Source: Vitrella brassicaformis CCMP3155
Lineage: Eukaryota; Protista; Chromerida
Reading direction: 5' to 3'
DNA: 64,000 nucleotides
Assembly (NCBI GenBank): GCA_001179505.1
Contig: CDMY01000296.1
Span: forward strand, 67,349-131,348
The notes beneath the pieces are model-generated. The model was not told the DNA's origin and ran no database searches. It was given only the letters and a program-made list of their open reading frames with translations. Of the stretch, positions 12,590 through 26,089 are shown piece by piece; position 1 is the first letter of the stretch; each line of letters opens with the position of its first letter. The translations under genes were made by a program, and so were the position numbers.

Positions 12590-15500
12590 ATGAAGGCAGC
12601 CGTCTTGGAATGTGGCGGTAGCGTCCGCGTGCGGTCTCTGAGCGGCATGGATGCACGAGAAGGCCGGCGACTGATTAGCCTGGCAAAGGAGAAGCCCAAA
12701 GAGGCGCTGGATGAGTGGCCAGAGGCGAAGCAACAGGTGAATGAGATTTCAATGAGTGAAACCTGTGCATGGAGGACAAGTGAATGGCATTCATGTACCT
12801 CTATTCCTGCAGGCGCTGTGCTATCACCTGTTGGATGTGTTGCGCGACGACGGCCCATCGATGTCATTCAGCCGCAGTGAAGAGCGCCTGCCCAAGCCCA
12901 CAGACACGTCGGACACCACCAGTCCTGCTCCACTAAGACTTTGCCTGCGGGATTTGTGGCCGGTGGTGCTCCGCTGCCTGGGGAGGCCGCCCACACACAT
13001 GAGTGAGTCGTCATCGATGGCCACAGTGGCCGTCAAGCTCTTGCAGAGGTGCGGTGCGTGCACACGACGTTGATTTAAGTACATTCATTCGTGGTGTTGT
13101 CGTTTCATTCATCAGGGACTCGGGATTCCTCCCCGCCCTGCTGTCGACATACCATCGGACGTCGTCCCCCGTCATTTTCATGGCGCTCAAGACACTGACC
13201 GACGAGGGCCACATACAGGTAGGTAGGTATGGACAGAGAGGCTCTCTCAGTGCAGTGGGACGGGTTGTCTCCCGTGTGGTGTGCATACCATAACATACAT
13301 GCAGGCCTTCCTGTCGATGTACTGTGCGGAGCTCCTTAAGGCCCACCCAAAGGCCAACGCGCGGGATCTTGGCAGTGGCCCACTGCCCTTCCTGCGTGTG
13401 GTGCCTTCAATCACAAATGCTATCGTACGTGGAAGGAGAGGAGCCGCTCAGCACAACACGTTTGGCATGCGTTTCGCGATTGAACCACTCAGGAATGTCA
13501 ACCGTCGCTTGAGTTTCCCACTACGGTGCTGCACCACATCGCCCAAATGATGCTGCTGAAGGATGGTGATGGCCCGCAGCCCCCCTCATCGTGTGGCGAG
13601 GGCCTCTCACAGCAGCTCGGTGCTCTACATGCACTCACTCTCCTGCTCCGGTACGTACAGGGGCACACCGAAAGAAAGGGGAGCCACAGCTTTTTTATTT
13701 CTATGTATGTGTGCCGCCGCTCTGTGCTCGCGAAGGTCACTGTGTCGTTGCCTGAGCCGCGTTAGTGCTGCCGCGTCCTTGTCGCCCGTCGAGCAATCAC
13801 ACCTGAACGTATGAATGCCGCTCGGCTATGTTGTCAGACACGGCACCAGACGTCAGTGTTCCGTCTTCTTCTTGTCTCAGGCCTGGAATTCGTTATGTCC
13901 CCTCGTCCCTTCCCTCATCGCCGCCCTCGTTGATCTGATGCCTGTGCTTCATCCCTTGACCCCACAGACCCCGCAGAGCGGCCCTTTCACCCTGGCTGAG
14001 TCAGACGAACAGCCACCGTCACCATCGACGGCCATGGCAGCAGCGAAGAAGGTGGTCCCGGAGATTTCTTTGACTTTGACGTCACCCGTGGCCCTGTTCG
14101 TGTCATCCTTGTACGCCCTACACCCATGGCCGACGCTTGAAGCGGTCCGCAGCAGTCCCTTATCTACCGCTGTCAGGGAGGCCGTCACCGGCATGCTGAC
14201 ACAGTGGCGCTTCCACGGCAACCTAATTCTCGGATATGTCGACGTTGCAAAGGACACCAAGAAGGGATCGGCGGAATGGGACGCCACCTCCCCCGACGTC
14301 CGCGAGCTGGCCTCATTCTGTGGTGACTTTGTCAAAACACTGGATGACTTCTTCTGCCTCCGACCCGAAGCCGCTCAAGAGTCCACACCCTCCACCCCGG
14401 TCAAGCGGGACCCCACCCCTCCCTCGCCCCCATCCAGCCAGCAGCCCACTTCCTGCGCGTCACCTCTGCTTGGCTTGATGGACTGGACCAGCTGGTTCTC
14501 GCCAAGGGGCGGTGTGTCTCCCATGAGGACCCGTGCAAGAGCGACCAATCGACGTCAGCTGCGGCACGGTGCCACGCCCTGGCTGCTCGACACAGAGGCC
14601 ATGGGTCAGAGCCTGAGCATGACACCACCAGCAGCTGTCGAGCGGGATCGACTGGTGGAGAGAAGGGAGTGTCCGGTCCTGTTTCTGGCCGAGAGTTGCT
14701 GTGCTGCGGCTCCGGGAGGGTTCGACGAGCACGAGATCCGGATTACCAGTGACGTGCATGAGCCGCGGCCACGTGTGCAGAGCCTGCCGTCGGCCAATCC
14801 CCCTCATGTCGAGGTGGCGGTCAAGTCCGCTTCGGCCCCTGACCTCTCAATCGAGCCGTCTGCCACCGCAAGTGCAAGACGGGACGTGGCTGAGCGTCGT
14901 GCATCGGCTGCTGCGCTCGCCCTGCACGCCCCCCTACCACCGCCAGTGTCCGATGGACGGTCAGTGAACCGCTTACAATCAGAGTCGGCCATGTCTGCCG
15001 TGACAGCTATCTACCGGGACAGTTCGACGCCCCCGCCACGTCCAGCCGACAACGAGAACGCAATGGAGGCTGTTTGTCGCGAGATGTCCCCGGATGGCCA
15101 TCGCAACAGCGACAAGAGCGAGTGGGTGCTGGAGCTGGAGACTGACAACGTGGAAGCAGCCCGCGTGGACTTCGACTCTCCAGAGTGGAAGGTCACTTCT
15201 GTCGTCGGACAGGAGGAGCAGGGACCGAGGCGCCAACCCACACCGAGGCGACCCCTGCCGCTTCTGACGCCGTCCTTCGGGCTGCCGGTCGTGTCGACCG
15301 TCCCGCCCCTCACAACAGCCTCAACCGCGCCTCTCACCCTGCACCCCATGCCGCCCTTCTCAATGGGCCTCCAGCCGTCCATGGCTCCCTTCATCCAGCC
15401 ATCCCCGCCATCACCCTCGTCCCCCCGTCCACCGGCATCATCGCCGTCATCCGACTCCCATCTGCGGCCGCCTAGTGCCGGCACCGGCCGTGAGGTGAGG

Positions 15501-18500
15501 CGCCGGGGCGTGCGGTCGGGTGTGCGGACGAGCAGCCAGGAGTCGATCAGCAGCCGTGGGAGCATGGTGGAAGGGGAGGACGCTACTGCCGCGGCTGCAG
15601 GGGCTGTGGGTGCGGCAGAGGGCATTTCGGATCAGCAGCCAGACCAGCAGCCCTCTGTGACCGACTTCTTCACCATGGCGAGGCGAGCGGCGGCACAGAA
15701 GGCCGCCACGCCTCCCACTCAGGCAGCAGGAATGTCACTGACTGGGATTAGGGCCTCAGTGTCCAGCTACGGATCATTCGGGTCATTGCCGCTCCGTGGA
15801 GCCGCTGTGGCATTTCAGCCAGTATCGCCGCTGCTGAGGCCATCGTCATCATCCCAGGCTGATTCGTCGGTGGCTACGCGAGGGAGAGTGAACGAGACGC
15901 GGACGTACCAGCTGGTGGATGACGAGTCGCGTTTCCAATCGTCGCGGTCGTCAAGGCGGGTGACGTTAGACATGATATCGGAGGGGCCTGGCGAAGGGGG
16001 AGAAGGGTCGGCGCAGCAGGCAGGTGGAGAGCGGTGAGTGTTTGCTGACTGACTGACTGAAAGGCTGTCGATTGTGGCTTTATGGATCTGTGTGGATAGC
16101 ATACCTTGGTGCACGTCGAGTGTTTCATTGGAATGTGTTGCATGCCGATGTAGATACATACAATGGGCCCGCGAGATTGATCGGAATGATCCCCCTAATG
16201 GGGGCCAGCAGGGGGCCGTTCTAACAAGCGAGCTTGCATGCATTTCGACGCGCGAAGGCGTAGCGACTCCCGACAGCCCGACGGTAGGAGGGAACTTCAT
16301 GGCGTCCGCCGGTGCTGTGGGCTTTGCCGACGCCATAGGCACTGTGGGGAAGGTGAGCGGTGGTCAAGGTGTCGCCGCAAGTGAGTTTGCAATGAGTCAC
16401 GCTTCTACGCGCCCCTCCATGGATGTGCCACGCCTTCCACCTGTGCCCGAGGAGGCCGACGCCGACGAAAACCCAAGCAGCCTGACGGCCATGCCAGTGG
16501 AAACCGATGAGGCTGCAAAGAATAGCGGTCCCGGCCAGAGGGGGCTGATGTCAAGGATCAAGGAGCTGGAGGACAAGTGCATGTATAGGACAATGACCAA
16601 TAAACGACGAAACACATGCACCACCCTACCTGTATGTCTCTCTCGTTGTAGGTCACTTCTGGAGGAGCGTGCCAGCATCCACGCCGACTGCCGCGTCAAG
16701 ATTGACCAAGGCAAGCAGGCCACTCAGCTGAGAACGCACGCACAGTCATTCGATATATCATCCCCTTCCTTCTTGTCGATCGAACGTCCTTCTGCAGAGG
16801 CGGCCAAATGGCAGGGTGCCTTGATGGAGTCGGTGGCCGCAAAGCATCGAGCGGAAGAGCGCCTCAATGTTATGGAGGAGGCACTCGCCTTGGCCCACGA
16901 GAAGCTGGAGAGGCGGGCGGGCGAGACCGGACCACCAATGCCAGCAGAGGGACCACAAACTAACGCAGGTGGGAGCCTTAAGGGAGCAGAGCCCGGCTCC
17001 TTGGGCACCGTCCCTGGCACACCCGGACCGGTCTGTCTGTCTCACCTCTCTGTCCCTGCAGAGAACGATCGTCTGCGTTGTCTTGTGCGTGAGCTCAAGT
17101 GTGCGCTCGAGGAGAAGGACATGTATGTATGTATGTATATATGTATGGCTATAGACGGGGGGGATTGCCTGCCTGATGGCCTGATGTATGTTTGTTGGTT
17201 TCTGTTTTCAGCCTCATCTCAAAGCTCAAGGCCGACAAGGACAAGTGAGCAGCAGACAGAGACAGACACATCATGCATGTGATCCCTCCCTCTTCATGGC
17301 TCTCTCTGCCCTCGTGCGTGTGTGCAGGCTGCTTCGTGTGCGCGTGCAGATGTCTCACAAGATGTTCAAGACCGAGACCGAGAAGCAGCAGACACTGCGG
17401 GACCTTGCCTATGCAAAGCAAGCCCTCAACTTCGCAGCAAAAAAGGTACTTGTGTGTACTCACACACAACACACTGGACGGCACAAACAAACCACTTTCT
17501 CCCACTGTCAGGGTCGAGAGTATCAGGAGAAGCTCAAGGACGTCATAGGCCTCGTCAAGGCAACCACCACCCCAGAGCTCACCACTTGTCCCCAGCAGCC
17601 GTCCGCCCTTGCCAGCCAGAAGACACCACGCCGCTCAGTGACCGCAGACTCACTGCCCAGCACACTCAAGCTTACGGACCGAAAGACGAGCAAGACGAAC
17701 ATACACCAAGAGCTGATTGCTACACGCCCAGGAGTCGACACGTCCCATCTCGACAGCATACATCTTGAGGGTCATGCCGATGCCGATGCGCCATTCTTCT
17801 TCCCCGCGCCCCGGCTCCGTCTCTCAGGCAGTGTCCGGCGGGAGGACATGCCACAGACCATCACCCAAATGAACGGCAAGGCCGCCTCGCCGCGCGATGA
17901 TGAGGCGGCGGATGACGAGACGGCATTCCAGTCGTCGGCTGCCGCTGATGCTGACGACCAGGGAGAGGGAGACATGGACAACGACAGCCATGAGCAGGAC
18001 GAGCAAGGGAAGGGGCCAGAAGAGGCGGAGGGCAAGGACGGCCCTGCACTCTCGCCGCTGGAGAGCCGGTGCTCGTCGAGACAAAATCTACCCAATGTGC
18101 CGCCGTCGGCCAGCAAACGAAGCAGGAGCGTCTGCCCAATGCCGGTTGCCATCACCAAGGCAGCAACCTCTTTCCTGCAACCGACAGCAGCAGCGTCAGC
18201 AGCCGTGCGCCGGTCTGTCTCGTGCGCCCCAGTGTGTATCAGCTCACCCGCGGCCTCACCCCGGACACCGCTCTGCTACTACGTCCCACAAACAGCCAAC
18301 AAAGTGTGGGCCAAGTCTGTCCACCACCTGCCGAGGGCGGTGCCTGTATGTCGGCTGGCCTCCGCCCCGTGCACTCCCCGGCTGCAGGTGTATCCGCGAA
18401 TGCCCCTGCCGCCAGCACAAGCGGGACAGAGAAGCCTGTCTGCCCACCCCGCCCTCCGCAGCGTATTCTGCCTGACCTCCCCACGGCCCCCTGTCGGCCA

Positions 18501-18699
18501 CACACACAGGGCGATCCCAAGAGGCCTGGCATTGTGTGTGTCGCCGCGTGCGCGGCTAGTCCAGCCTGTGAGTGGTGTGGGCGTGGGTGTGGGTGGTGGT
18601 GGTGGTGTGCGGGCCCACTCGCCCATGGTGCAGGCGCCGGGCAGGGCAGTGAGTGCAAGTGAGGAATCGGACAGGGGCCGGTGGTCACGGCATGTGTGA
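12590..18699 (+). CDS. TSC1: TSC1/hamartin-like protein (hamartin N-terminal domain, long Ser/Pro-rich region, C-terminal coiled-coils)
   Basis: Exon peptides LLSTYHRTSSPVIFMALKTLTDEGHIQAFL and LFVSSLYALHPWPTLEAVRS...VTGMLTQWRFHGNLILG...W...DVRELASFC align in order with recalled hamartin segments. Coiled-coils MSRIKELEDK...AHEKLERR, ENDRLRCLVRELK and EKQQTLRDLAYAKQAL...EYQEKLKD follow. Gene symbol is provisional. Confidence 0.7.
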
Positions 18700-19230
18700 A
18701 TGAATCTCTAGGCGATGGATGGTAGTGATGATGCCGACGAGACCGAGAGATATATAGAGGATGTGTGGGGGTGCTGCCTGGGGGTGCACCCACGACTCGA
18801 CTCAGTCAACTGAGTGTGTCCATCGTCATCGGTTCTGTCGTGGTGTTGCTATCTATATCAAGCAAGTGTCGAGGTGTCTGTCATCCAGCCAGTCTGTCAC
18901 ACCCACACCCATGAAATGAATGAATGGATGGATGAAGGTGCGATCCATAGCTGACTGACACCGTCTGTCTCGTGCACCAAGCTCACCCCCTCACACACCG
19001 CGCTCGACAAAATTCAAAGACAAGAGAAACAGACAGACAGACAGACATGCACACATCCATCCATCCCTCCCTCACGCGCGATCACCATCTGAAAGAAGAC
19101 CCAACTGCACTACAACCTCAGCCACATCCCTCTCTCTTCTCTCCTCCCCTATGGGCGCTCTCTCTCTCGTGCGTCGCTCTGCTGGTTTCTCTCTCTGTCT
19201 GTGTGTCTGTCTGTGTGTCCATCCATCCAT

Positions 19231-20352
19231 CTAGTAGTAGGACCCGTCAGCCTTGCCCTGTGCGTCCAGCAGCCCCTTCCAATAGTTCTTCTCGAAATTG
19301 GCCTTTGTGTTTGAGTCGACGAGGACCTCGATGGTGCGGCCGCGCTGCCTGACGGGGAATGTGGCAAGGTTCTGTGGCGGCCTGAGCTTGCCGGTGAGGG
19401 GGCCGACGAGGGGCGGGAAGGGGCACCACTCGCCCACCACCTCGCCCTTCTCGAGCGAGAAGGCCGTGCGGTGCAGCGGACAGATGACCTTGCCGTCCTT
19501 GACCTCGCCCTGCTCCAGGGGCGTGCCGATGTGCGGACACACGTTGGCCACGCAGTAGATGCTGCCGTCCGTGTCGGCTACCAGCAGCAGATTCAGTCCA
19601 TTCACCTAGGTGACGACAGTCACACCGACGCGACAGAAAAACAAGTTCGGGGGGGGCGAGAGAGAACTCGTGTGTGTGCCGTGCCCGCACTCACCTGGAC
19701 AGGCACGAGGTCGCCCGCAGCGATCTCGTCATCGTTGAGCACCGCTTTCCACTCCTGAGCCTGTATGGATGGCCAGACGCAGCATTGGTGAATCAATCGT
19801 CACACCCATCCACCCACCCGGCCTCCCGCCAATCAAGGTCGGTCGCCTACCGTCGTTGTCTTGCCGCCGAACACAGCTTGGAGGCTTGTACGAGGGGCAT
19901 GGCGCTGACAGACAAACACACACACACACACACACACACACGGCGTCACTCACTGTCCTGTTTGCCCCCTATGGTGTGCGGTATGGATGTGGTGTGATGC
20001 CCACCGCCTGATAGAGTGAAGGTGAGACGCCCAGTTGGCCCGCGTCAGACACGACCAGGGAGGCGCGCTGCGTGAGGCAGGGGGGAGGCGACACGAAACC
20101 CAAGCCGCCACGCATACGCGCACCGCTGCACAGACCTGCAACCACACTCACAGATACTTGCACATGGCAGCAGCCTGGCCTGGCTGTGGTGGTGTGCGTC
20201 TCGTCTGGCTGCCCATATTCCCCTTTGGTCTGTCTGCCCCGTGCCCCATCCTTGCTTGTCTCTCTGGTGCCCGTCCGTAGATCAGATCATGAACTTCTCA
20301 TCTACGTACCTGCGGCCAACGCCGCGACCAGCAAGTGGCAGACGCACTTCAT
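19231..20352 (-). CDS. Plastid-targeted Rieske [2Fe-2S] ferredoxin-type protein
   Basis: Five exons. Bipartite presequence MKCVCHLLVAALAAGLCSG-ARMRGGLGFVSPP; Rieske ligands CPH...CPLH intact; C-terminus NFEKNYWKGLLDAQGKADGSYY. Confidence 0.9.
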
Positions 20353-20624
20353 TCTCGCAGACCACAGGCGAGTTCTAAAGTGAAAAATCAATCGGCGCAC
20401 TTCGCTGCTTTCCCCTTCCGCTAAGCTCGCAGATGCCGGGAAACGTGGCGAAAACAGCCGGAAAGAAGGGTAAGAGCGGCGGCACGAGTGGGTGCTTGTT
20501 GATTGATGCTCTGTGGACAGAGCGGTTCGATTCATCGTCATCACCACCTCAGCATTGCCACCACCTGACCTGAGCCGTGTCCCGACGCCGTGTCCCCGTC
20601 GGCAGTACGTGCGCATCGCCCGCC

Positions 20625-23600
20625 ATGGCTGAGGAGGGCATGATGAGCTTCAGCATGGAGGGCGACTTTGAGGGCGGTGAGTTCGACGAGCAGGGGGAAT
20701 TCTGGTTCCGCAGCAAGAAGCAGAAGAAGCGGCTGTCCAAGGAGCAGGCCATCTACGGCGTCTTTTACGACGAGGCGGCGAGTTCTGACGAGGAGGACAA
20801 GAGCTACAAGCGCCGCAAGATGGCCGAGGTGGGCAGTGCGGTTCGGTTCGTGTCCAAGGGTTCCGTCGGCGGCACCATCCATGAGACCACCAAGCCGCAA
20901 ACACGACCGTCGCCATCACCGCTCAACCCGGACCAGGACAGCGAGCCAGAAGAGGACACCGACGGGCAGCCGCCAGAGGGAGAGGAGGACCGTGGTGGTG
21001 GTGGTGGTGAGCAGCGGGAGGATGAAGACGATGACGAGATCGATCCACGGTTTCAGTTCAAGGACAAGTCCGCTGCGGAGGAGGGTGTGGATTCGGCTGC
21101 TGATGCGGCGGGTGGGTCGAAGCAGAAGCACACGTGGGGTCAGCAGAAGATGAGCAAGGAGTACGGCGTGGGGTTCAAGCTGCTGCAGAAGATGGGATAC
21201 AAGGGAGGCGGACTGGGCAAGGGCGGATCAGGTAGACAAACACGGATGGATGGATGGATGGATGGATGGCTGCACACACAGATGTTTATGTCTGCTCTGT
21301 CTGTCTGTCTGTCTGTCCTGCCTGCAGGCCGCGTCAACCCCGTGGAGGTCCGGCTCCGCCAGAAGGGCCGCGCCCTGCAGGACACAGGCGAGAAGATCCA
21401 CGAGAACGAGCACGACGGCCACAAGCCGCCCACCAAGTCGGCCGTCGAGATCCTCCTGGGCAGCGGCGACAAGGCGGGCGCCTCGTCCGACCGCACCAAG
21501 GTGTCCGACGGCTGGAAAGCCAGCCGTGGCAAGAAGGGCGGCCCCAAGAAGGTCTACCGCACTGTGGCCGAGATAGCCGAGGAGACCAGGGGCGCGCCGG
21601 GGGTACTGGGTGAGGCGGTTGGAGCGGGCAGGTCGTCCTCGATGAGGATATTGGACATGACGGGGCCCGAGGCCAGGGTGCTGGACGCATCGGCGGGGGT
21701 CGGTGGGGTGACGGTCGCCCCCGTCGCCGTCGCCAAGGAAGACGAGAAGCTGCCACTCAAGGCAAGAGTTCACGATCGACGGATGCGAGCGAACAGAGAG
21801 GCACAGCACATCCATGTGTGTCGGTGCGTCTTGCCATGCATGCAGGAGCTTCGATACAACCTTCGCGTGACGGTGCTAGCGCTCGAGAGGGAGGTCATGT
21901 CGGTGGCCCGCGACAGGAAGCAGCAGCAGGACGCCCTCCTCAACATGTCACACGAGAAGGAACAGCTGGCAAAGGGCGCAGAGATGATCGAGGACGAAGC
22001 CATCCACATGGAGGCCATCCTCGACCGGCTCTCGGGCTGCAAGGTCCGCCTCGCCGACGGCACCATGTCGCTCGCCGAGCTGACCAGCGAGTTCCGGCAG
22101 ATACAGAGGGACTACCCCCACGAGTACGTCGCCCACAGCATCCCAGCCGTCGGCCTTTCCTTCGTATTCCCGGCTTTGCGGGCCGTCTACCAGGACTGGC
22201 AGCCGCTCGCCGACCCGACACGCGGCGTGGCTGAGCTGCAGCAGTGGGCGGGGCTGTGTGGGGCCGAGGGGCTGGCGCGTGTGACGGACGAGCTGATAGT
22301 GCCGTGCATCCGCTCGTGCGTCACCAATGTGTGGCTGGTGCGTGAGGTGGAGGGTATGGTGAAGCTGGTGGAGAGCTGGCAGCCACTCCTCCCTGTCGGC
22401 GTCTTCCAATCGCTGCTCACCGAGGGCATCCTGCCCAGACTAGTGGCCGAGGTGAGGCAGGGGGGGAGGAAAGGCAGGCAGAAACATTGCCGTGTCGGTC
22501 GATGGATTTGTGTGTGGATTGGATTGGATCGGTTCTATATGATCGGTCAGGTTGAGGCGTGGAATCCACGGACGGACCCCGTGCCCATCCACACGTGGGT
22601 GCATCCGTGGCTGCCCATCATGGGCCCCCTCCTTGAGGGACTGTGGGCACCCATCCGATTCAAAGTTGCCCTATGCCTGCAGCACTGGCACCCTGCTGAC
22701 AGGTACGGTGGATGCGGGGCGGGGCGCATGTGAGTGTGCACACGTTGCGGGAGGGAGTCGATCGATCTGATCTACTTGATGTGCTGTGCTGTGCGTGAGT
22801 GTGTGCAGGTCAGCGGTTCACATGCTGAAGCCGTGGCGCGACGTGATGGATGCGGCCAACTGGGGGCAGCTGATGCTCAGGAGCGTCATGCCCAAACTCA
22901 GAGACCAACTCACCACCATGCAGGTCAGTCAGTCAGTCAGCTGAGTCAGCTGAGCTGACGGCCACAGATGAAGGGAGAGATGGATATCATGATCGACGTC
23001 TCCCTCTCCTCTCTGTGTGTGTATGTCAGGTTCGGCCCGACAGTCAGTCGCTAGCGCCGCTGCAGAACGTCTTTGCGTGGCTGGATGTGGCCCCGCTTGA
23101 CGCCATCGTGGCCCTACTCGAGACGCACTTCATCCCGCAATGGCTGCAGGTACAATAGGCGGCCGACACAATGCATTCAATGGAGCGAGAGGTCACGCTT
23201 GCTCCCGCCCCCTTGTCTGTCTGTCTGTCTGTCTGTGTCTTTTTTCTCTCTTGTCGCTGCAGGCGCTTCAGGTGTGGATCAGCACGCCCGGCGCGGACCC
23301 CGAGGAGATGATGAAGTGGTACCAGGGGTGGAAGACCGTCTTCCCCGAGGCACTCCTCACACAGCCACGCATCCAGCAGGGCTTCATGCAAGCCGTCCAC
23401 ATGATGAAGGCATTCGCCACACAATCCACCACACCACCAGCGGCCCCTCCCCCTCCCCCTCCCCCGCCCCCGTCCGAGCCGCCCCCTCCCACCCCCGAGG
23501 ACCGCCTGGCTGCAGCGTCGTTCCGCGAGTATTTGGAGCAGGTTGCCAGCGAGAATGACCTGTTGATGCGGCCCAAGGTTGGGCGGATTGTGAATGGGAA

Positions 23601-23766
23601 GCAGGTGCATGCGTTCGGCCGGGTGAGCCTGTACTTGGACCAGAATGTGACCTTTGTGCTGCAAGGGGGGGAGTGGAAGGCCGTTAGTGTTGAGGCCCTG
23701 CTCGACATGGCCAAGAAGGGCAAGATAAGTAGGGCTGGCGGCGGGGCATGGTGTGGTGTCGTGTAG
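20625..23766 (+). CDS. TFIP11: Tuftelin-interacting protein 11 / Ntr1-Spp382 spliceosome disassembly factor (G-patch + GCFC domain)
   Basis: N-terminus EGDFEGGEFDEQGEF...LSKEQAIYGVF; G-patch YGVGFKLLQKMGYKGGGLGKGGSGRVNPV; GCFC motifs WQPL.DP, VEAWNPRTDPVPIHTWVHPWLP; C-terminus FREYLEQVA...LLMRPK...NGKQVHAFG. Last-exon end uncertain. Confidence 0.92.
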
Positions 23767-24023
23767 ACTCGTGTGCATGACGACGGCTAGTTGTGAGGAG
23801 ATGCGTGTGAGGCTACTGCCTTGCCATAGGTAGTTGCCGGACCCGCCTCCCTTCCTGTCTTGTGATGCCCACATCATTGGACACACAAAATGAATCGATC
23901 AATCGCATACATATGTCGTGTGATTCGGTGCGCACACACGCACACACACATGAAGCTGTACTGACTGTACACGGGCAACGCCACACGCACGCCATTGTCG
24001 TCATGCCATCCATCGATGGCTGT

Positions 24024-25676
24024 TTACTTGACCAATTGGCCGACCAGCATGCCGCCCGACCCCACCAGTATCCCCGCCACAGACACAACCCACAACCACC
24101 AATCCCCCGCAGCACCATCAAACGTCCTGCCCTGCCTCTTCCCCTCCACCTCCCCCTCCCCCTCCCCTCCCCCCCTCTCTCTCTGCGTCGATCTGTCTTG
24201 CCACCCAAGCTGCTGCTGCTGCTGGTGGTAGTAGCACTTTCCCGGCAGCCGGCCAGTGGACTGCTGGTCGTATGCATAGTAGGCCGCGTAGAAGGAGCAG
24301 CTCTCTGTGGCCCACTCGGCGATGGGAAGCTTCGCAGCTGTGTGGTGTTGTATGGGGAATGGTGTTGATTCGAATGTGAAAGTGCCGGTGGATGCGAGGA
24401 AGTCGGTGACTCGTGTGGCGTTGAGGGGCTGCGGGAAGAGGTCAGTGCGGACCTCGGGAGTGGACTGCAGGTCAGCTGCACGAACGACACACAGACAGAG
24501 CACAAAGAGGGTGTGCGAGGGTGTGGGAAGGTGGTGGTCATGGCTGGCTACGGTGGGTGCATGCGGACGTAGGTACCAGGGTCGAGAGCGTCGAAGAAGT
24601 GCTGCATGGTGTTGGTGGACCACGGCTGCAAGCCCTCCAGGTAGCGAAGGCTGTAATACGTAAACCTGCGCACACACACGCACACACGTATGCAGCTGAG
24701 CTGCGTTGCAACCATCTTCCCTCCCTCCCTCCCTCCCTCTCATGTGTGTCTTGTCTTGTCTTGCCCCCTCACCGCACCGCAGCGACGCAACCCACATGCT
24801 GACCTGTCAATGACGGCGATGCCCACATCCCTGTCGATGTGGTGCGAGTAGGAGTTCTCCCCCAGCTTCGAGCAGCCGGCCGCCAGGATGCCGGGCGAGT
24901 AGAAGCGGGTCTGCAGTGTGGCCGCCTGGCACGTGTCGGTGACGAACAGCACTTTGCCATACCGCTGCTGCCGGTACATCTGCTCGAACGCATCAGCGAA
25001 GTCCTGGCTGGTGATCTCTTCCCAGTCCTGAAACTTGAGGAACTCTTCGCCCCCGTGGCCCGTCATAAAGATGAAGACGTTGCTGTCGGCATCGGTGAGC
25101 AGCCGCCGACTCTGCGCCACGAAGGGCGCCTGCCGGCCGGTGAGGAGGCGGATGAAGCTCGTCACCGTCACCTCGTCGCCGCGAAAGTCGACCTCCACGC
25201 CGTGAGAGTTCTCGCCGCCGTATAAGTTGAGCCTGTGGTCGGCGTCATTGAAGATGCTGCCGGGCGAGGGGGACCGGGGGTTGCAGGCTATGTCCTCGGC
25301 AAGCATCAATATGATCTGATCATATCACAGACAGACAGACACGAGGGAGGGAGGGACACAGGAGGGAGAGAATATTATATGGGATCGCATATGCTCATGC
25401 ATACATATGTACTGCGTGAGTGTGTGTCGCTGACTGACTGACTGGCGTGCATGCCTGGTGGTCTGGAATGCCGAGCCTCTTGACGGTGTGATAGAAGGAG
25501 AGCGTGTTGGCCACATGCCGGTAGTTGTACCAGTACCGGGACGTGTCCACTATCACGGCCCAGTTGTTCCTCTGCTGGCCTGTTGACAAAGACGATAAAG
25601 CAGCGACGGCCGCCCGGGGTGCGCCGATAAAGCATGCAACGGCAAGGATCCACCAGACAAAGACAGACAGGGTCAT
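24024..25676 (-). CDS. GPI8: GPI-anchor transamidase catalytic subunit (peptidase C13)
   Basis: Signal peptide; NNWAVIVDTSRYWYNYRHVANTLSFY; IILMLAEDIACNPR; catalytic FMTGHGG and TDTCQA; IAVIDRFTY; C-terminal TM WWLWVVSVAGILVGSGGMLVGQLVK*. Confidence 0.95.
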
Positions 25677-25814
25677 GACGGGGTGGTTGGTGGAGAGGAC
25701 GAAAGGCTCTCAAGATCCATGATCACCACATGAATGGCAACCAGCGTTGGACAGGCGAGATGCAATTGCAAGTCGAAACACGCAGTTTCAGCCTTCCGGG
25801 GGACTCGCGGGGCT

Positions 25815-25860
25815 GATTAGGGTCACGGGTCACGGGGTTAAGGAGTTAGGGTCACGGGTT
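25815..25860. promoter_or_regulatory. Telomere-repeat-like (telo-box-like) cluster upstream of GPI8
   Basis: TTAGGG at 25817 and 25846, interspersed with GGGTCAC repeats. Confidence 0.4.
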
Positions 25861-26089
25861 TGGTTGAATAACACAGACGAGCGCGGGGGTGTGAATATTG
25901 ACATTGTGAGAGAGGGGCGTCTGGGGGCCTGGGATCCCCGCCAAGCCGGCCAGTCGCACCCTCCGCCCTCTTCCGAATACTCACATCAAACGGCCACATG
26001 TACACACAAGTCGGTCACTCTACCTACAGCGGGTCAGTCAACACATGGGCTCGCCCTCGTCCCCCCCGTCCTCCTCACCCATCTCTGCC

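Noticed and set aside
16711-21845. Putative GC-AG introns (16711-16797 in the TSC1-like gene; 21762-21845 in TFIP11)
   Set aside because: GC-AG introns are a known minor class. Both candidates are multiples of 3 without stops, so they cannot be distinguished from retained coding sequence without RNA data.
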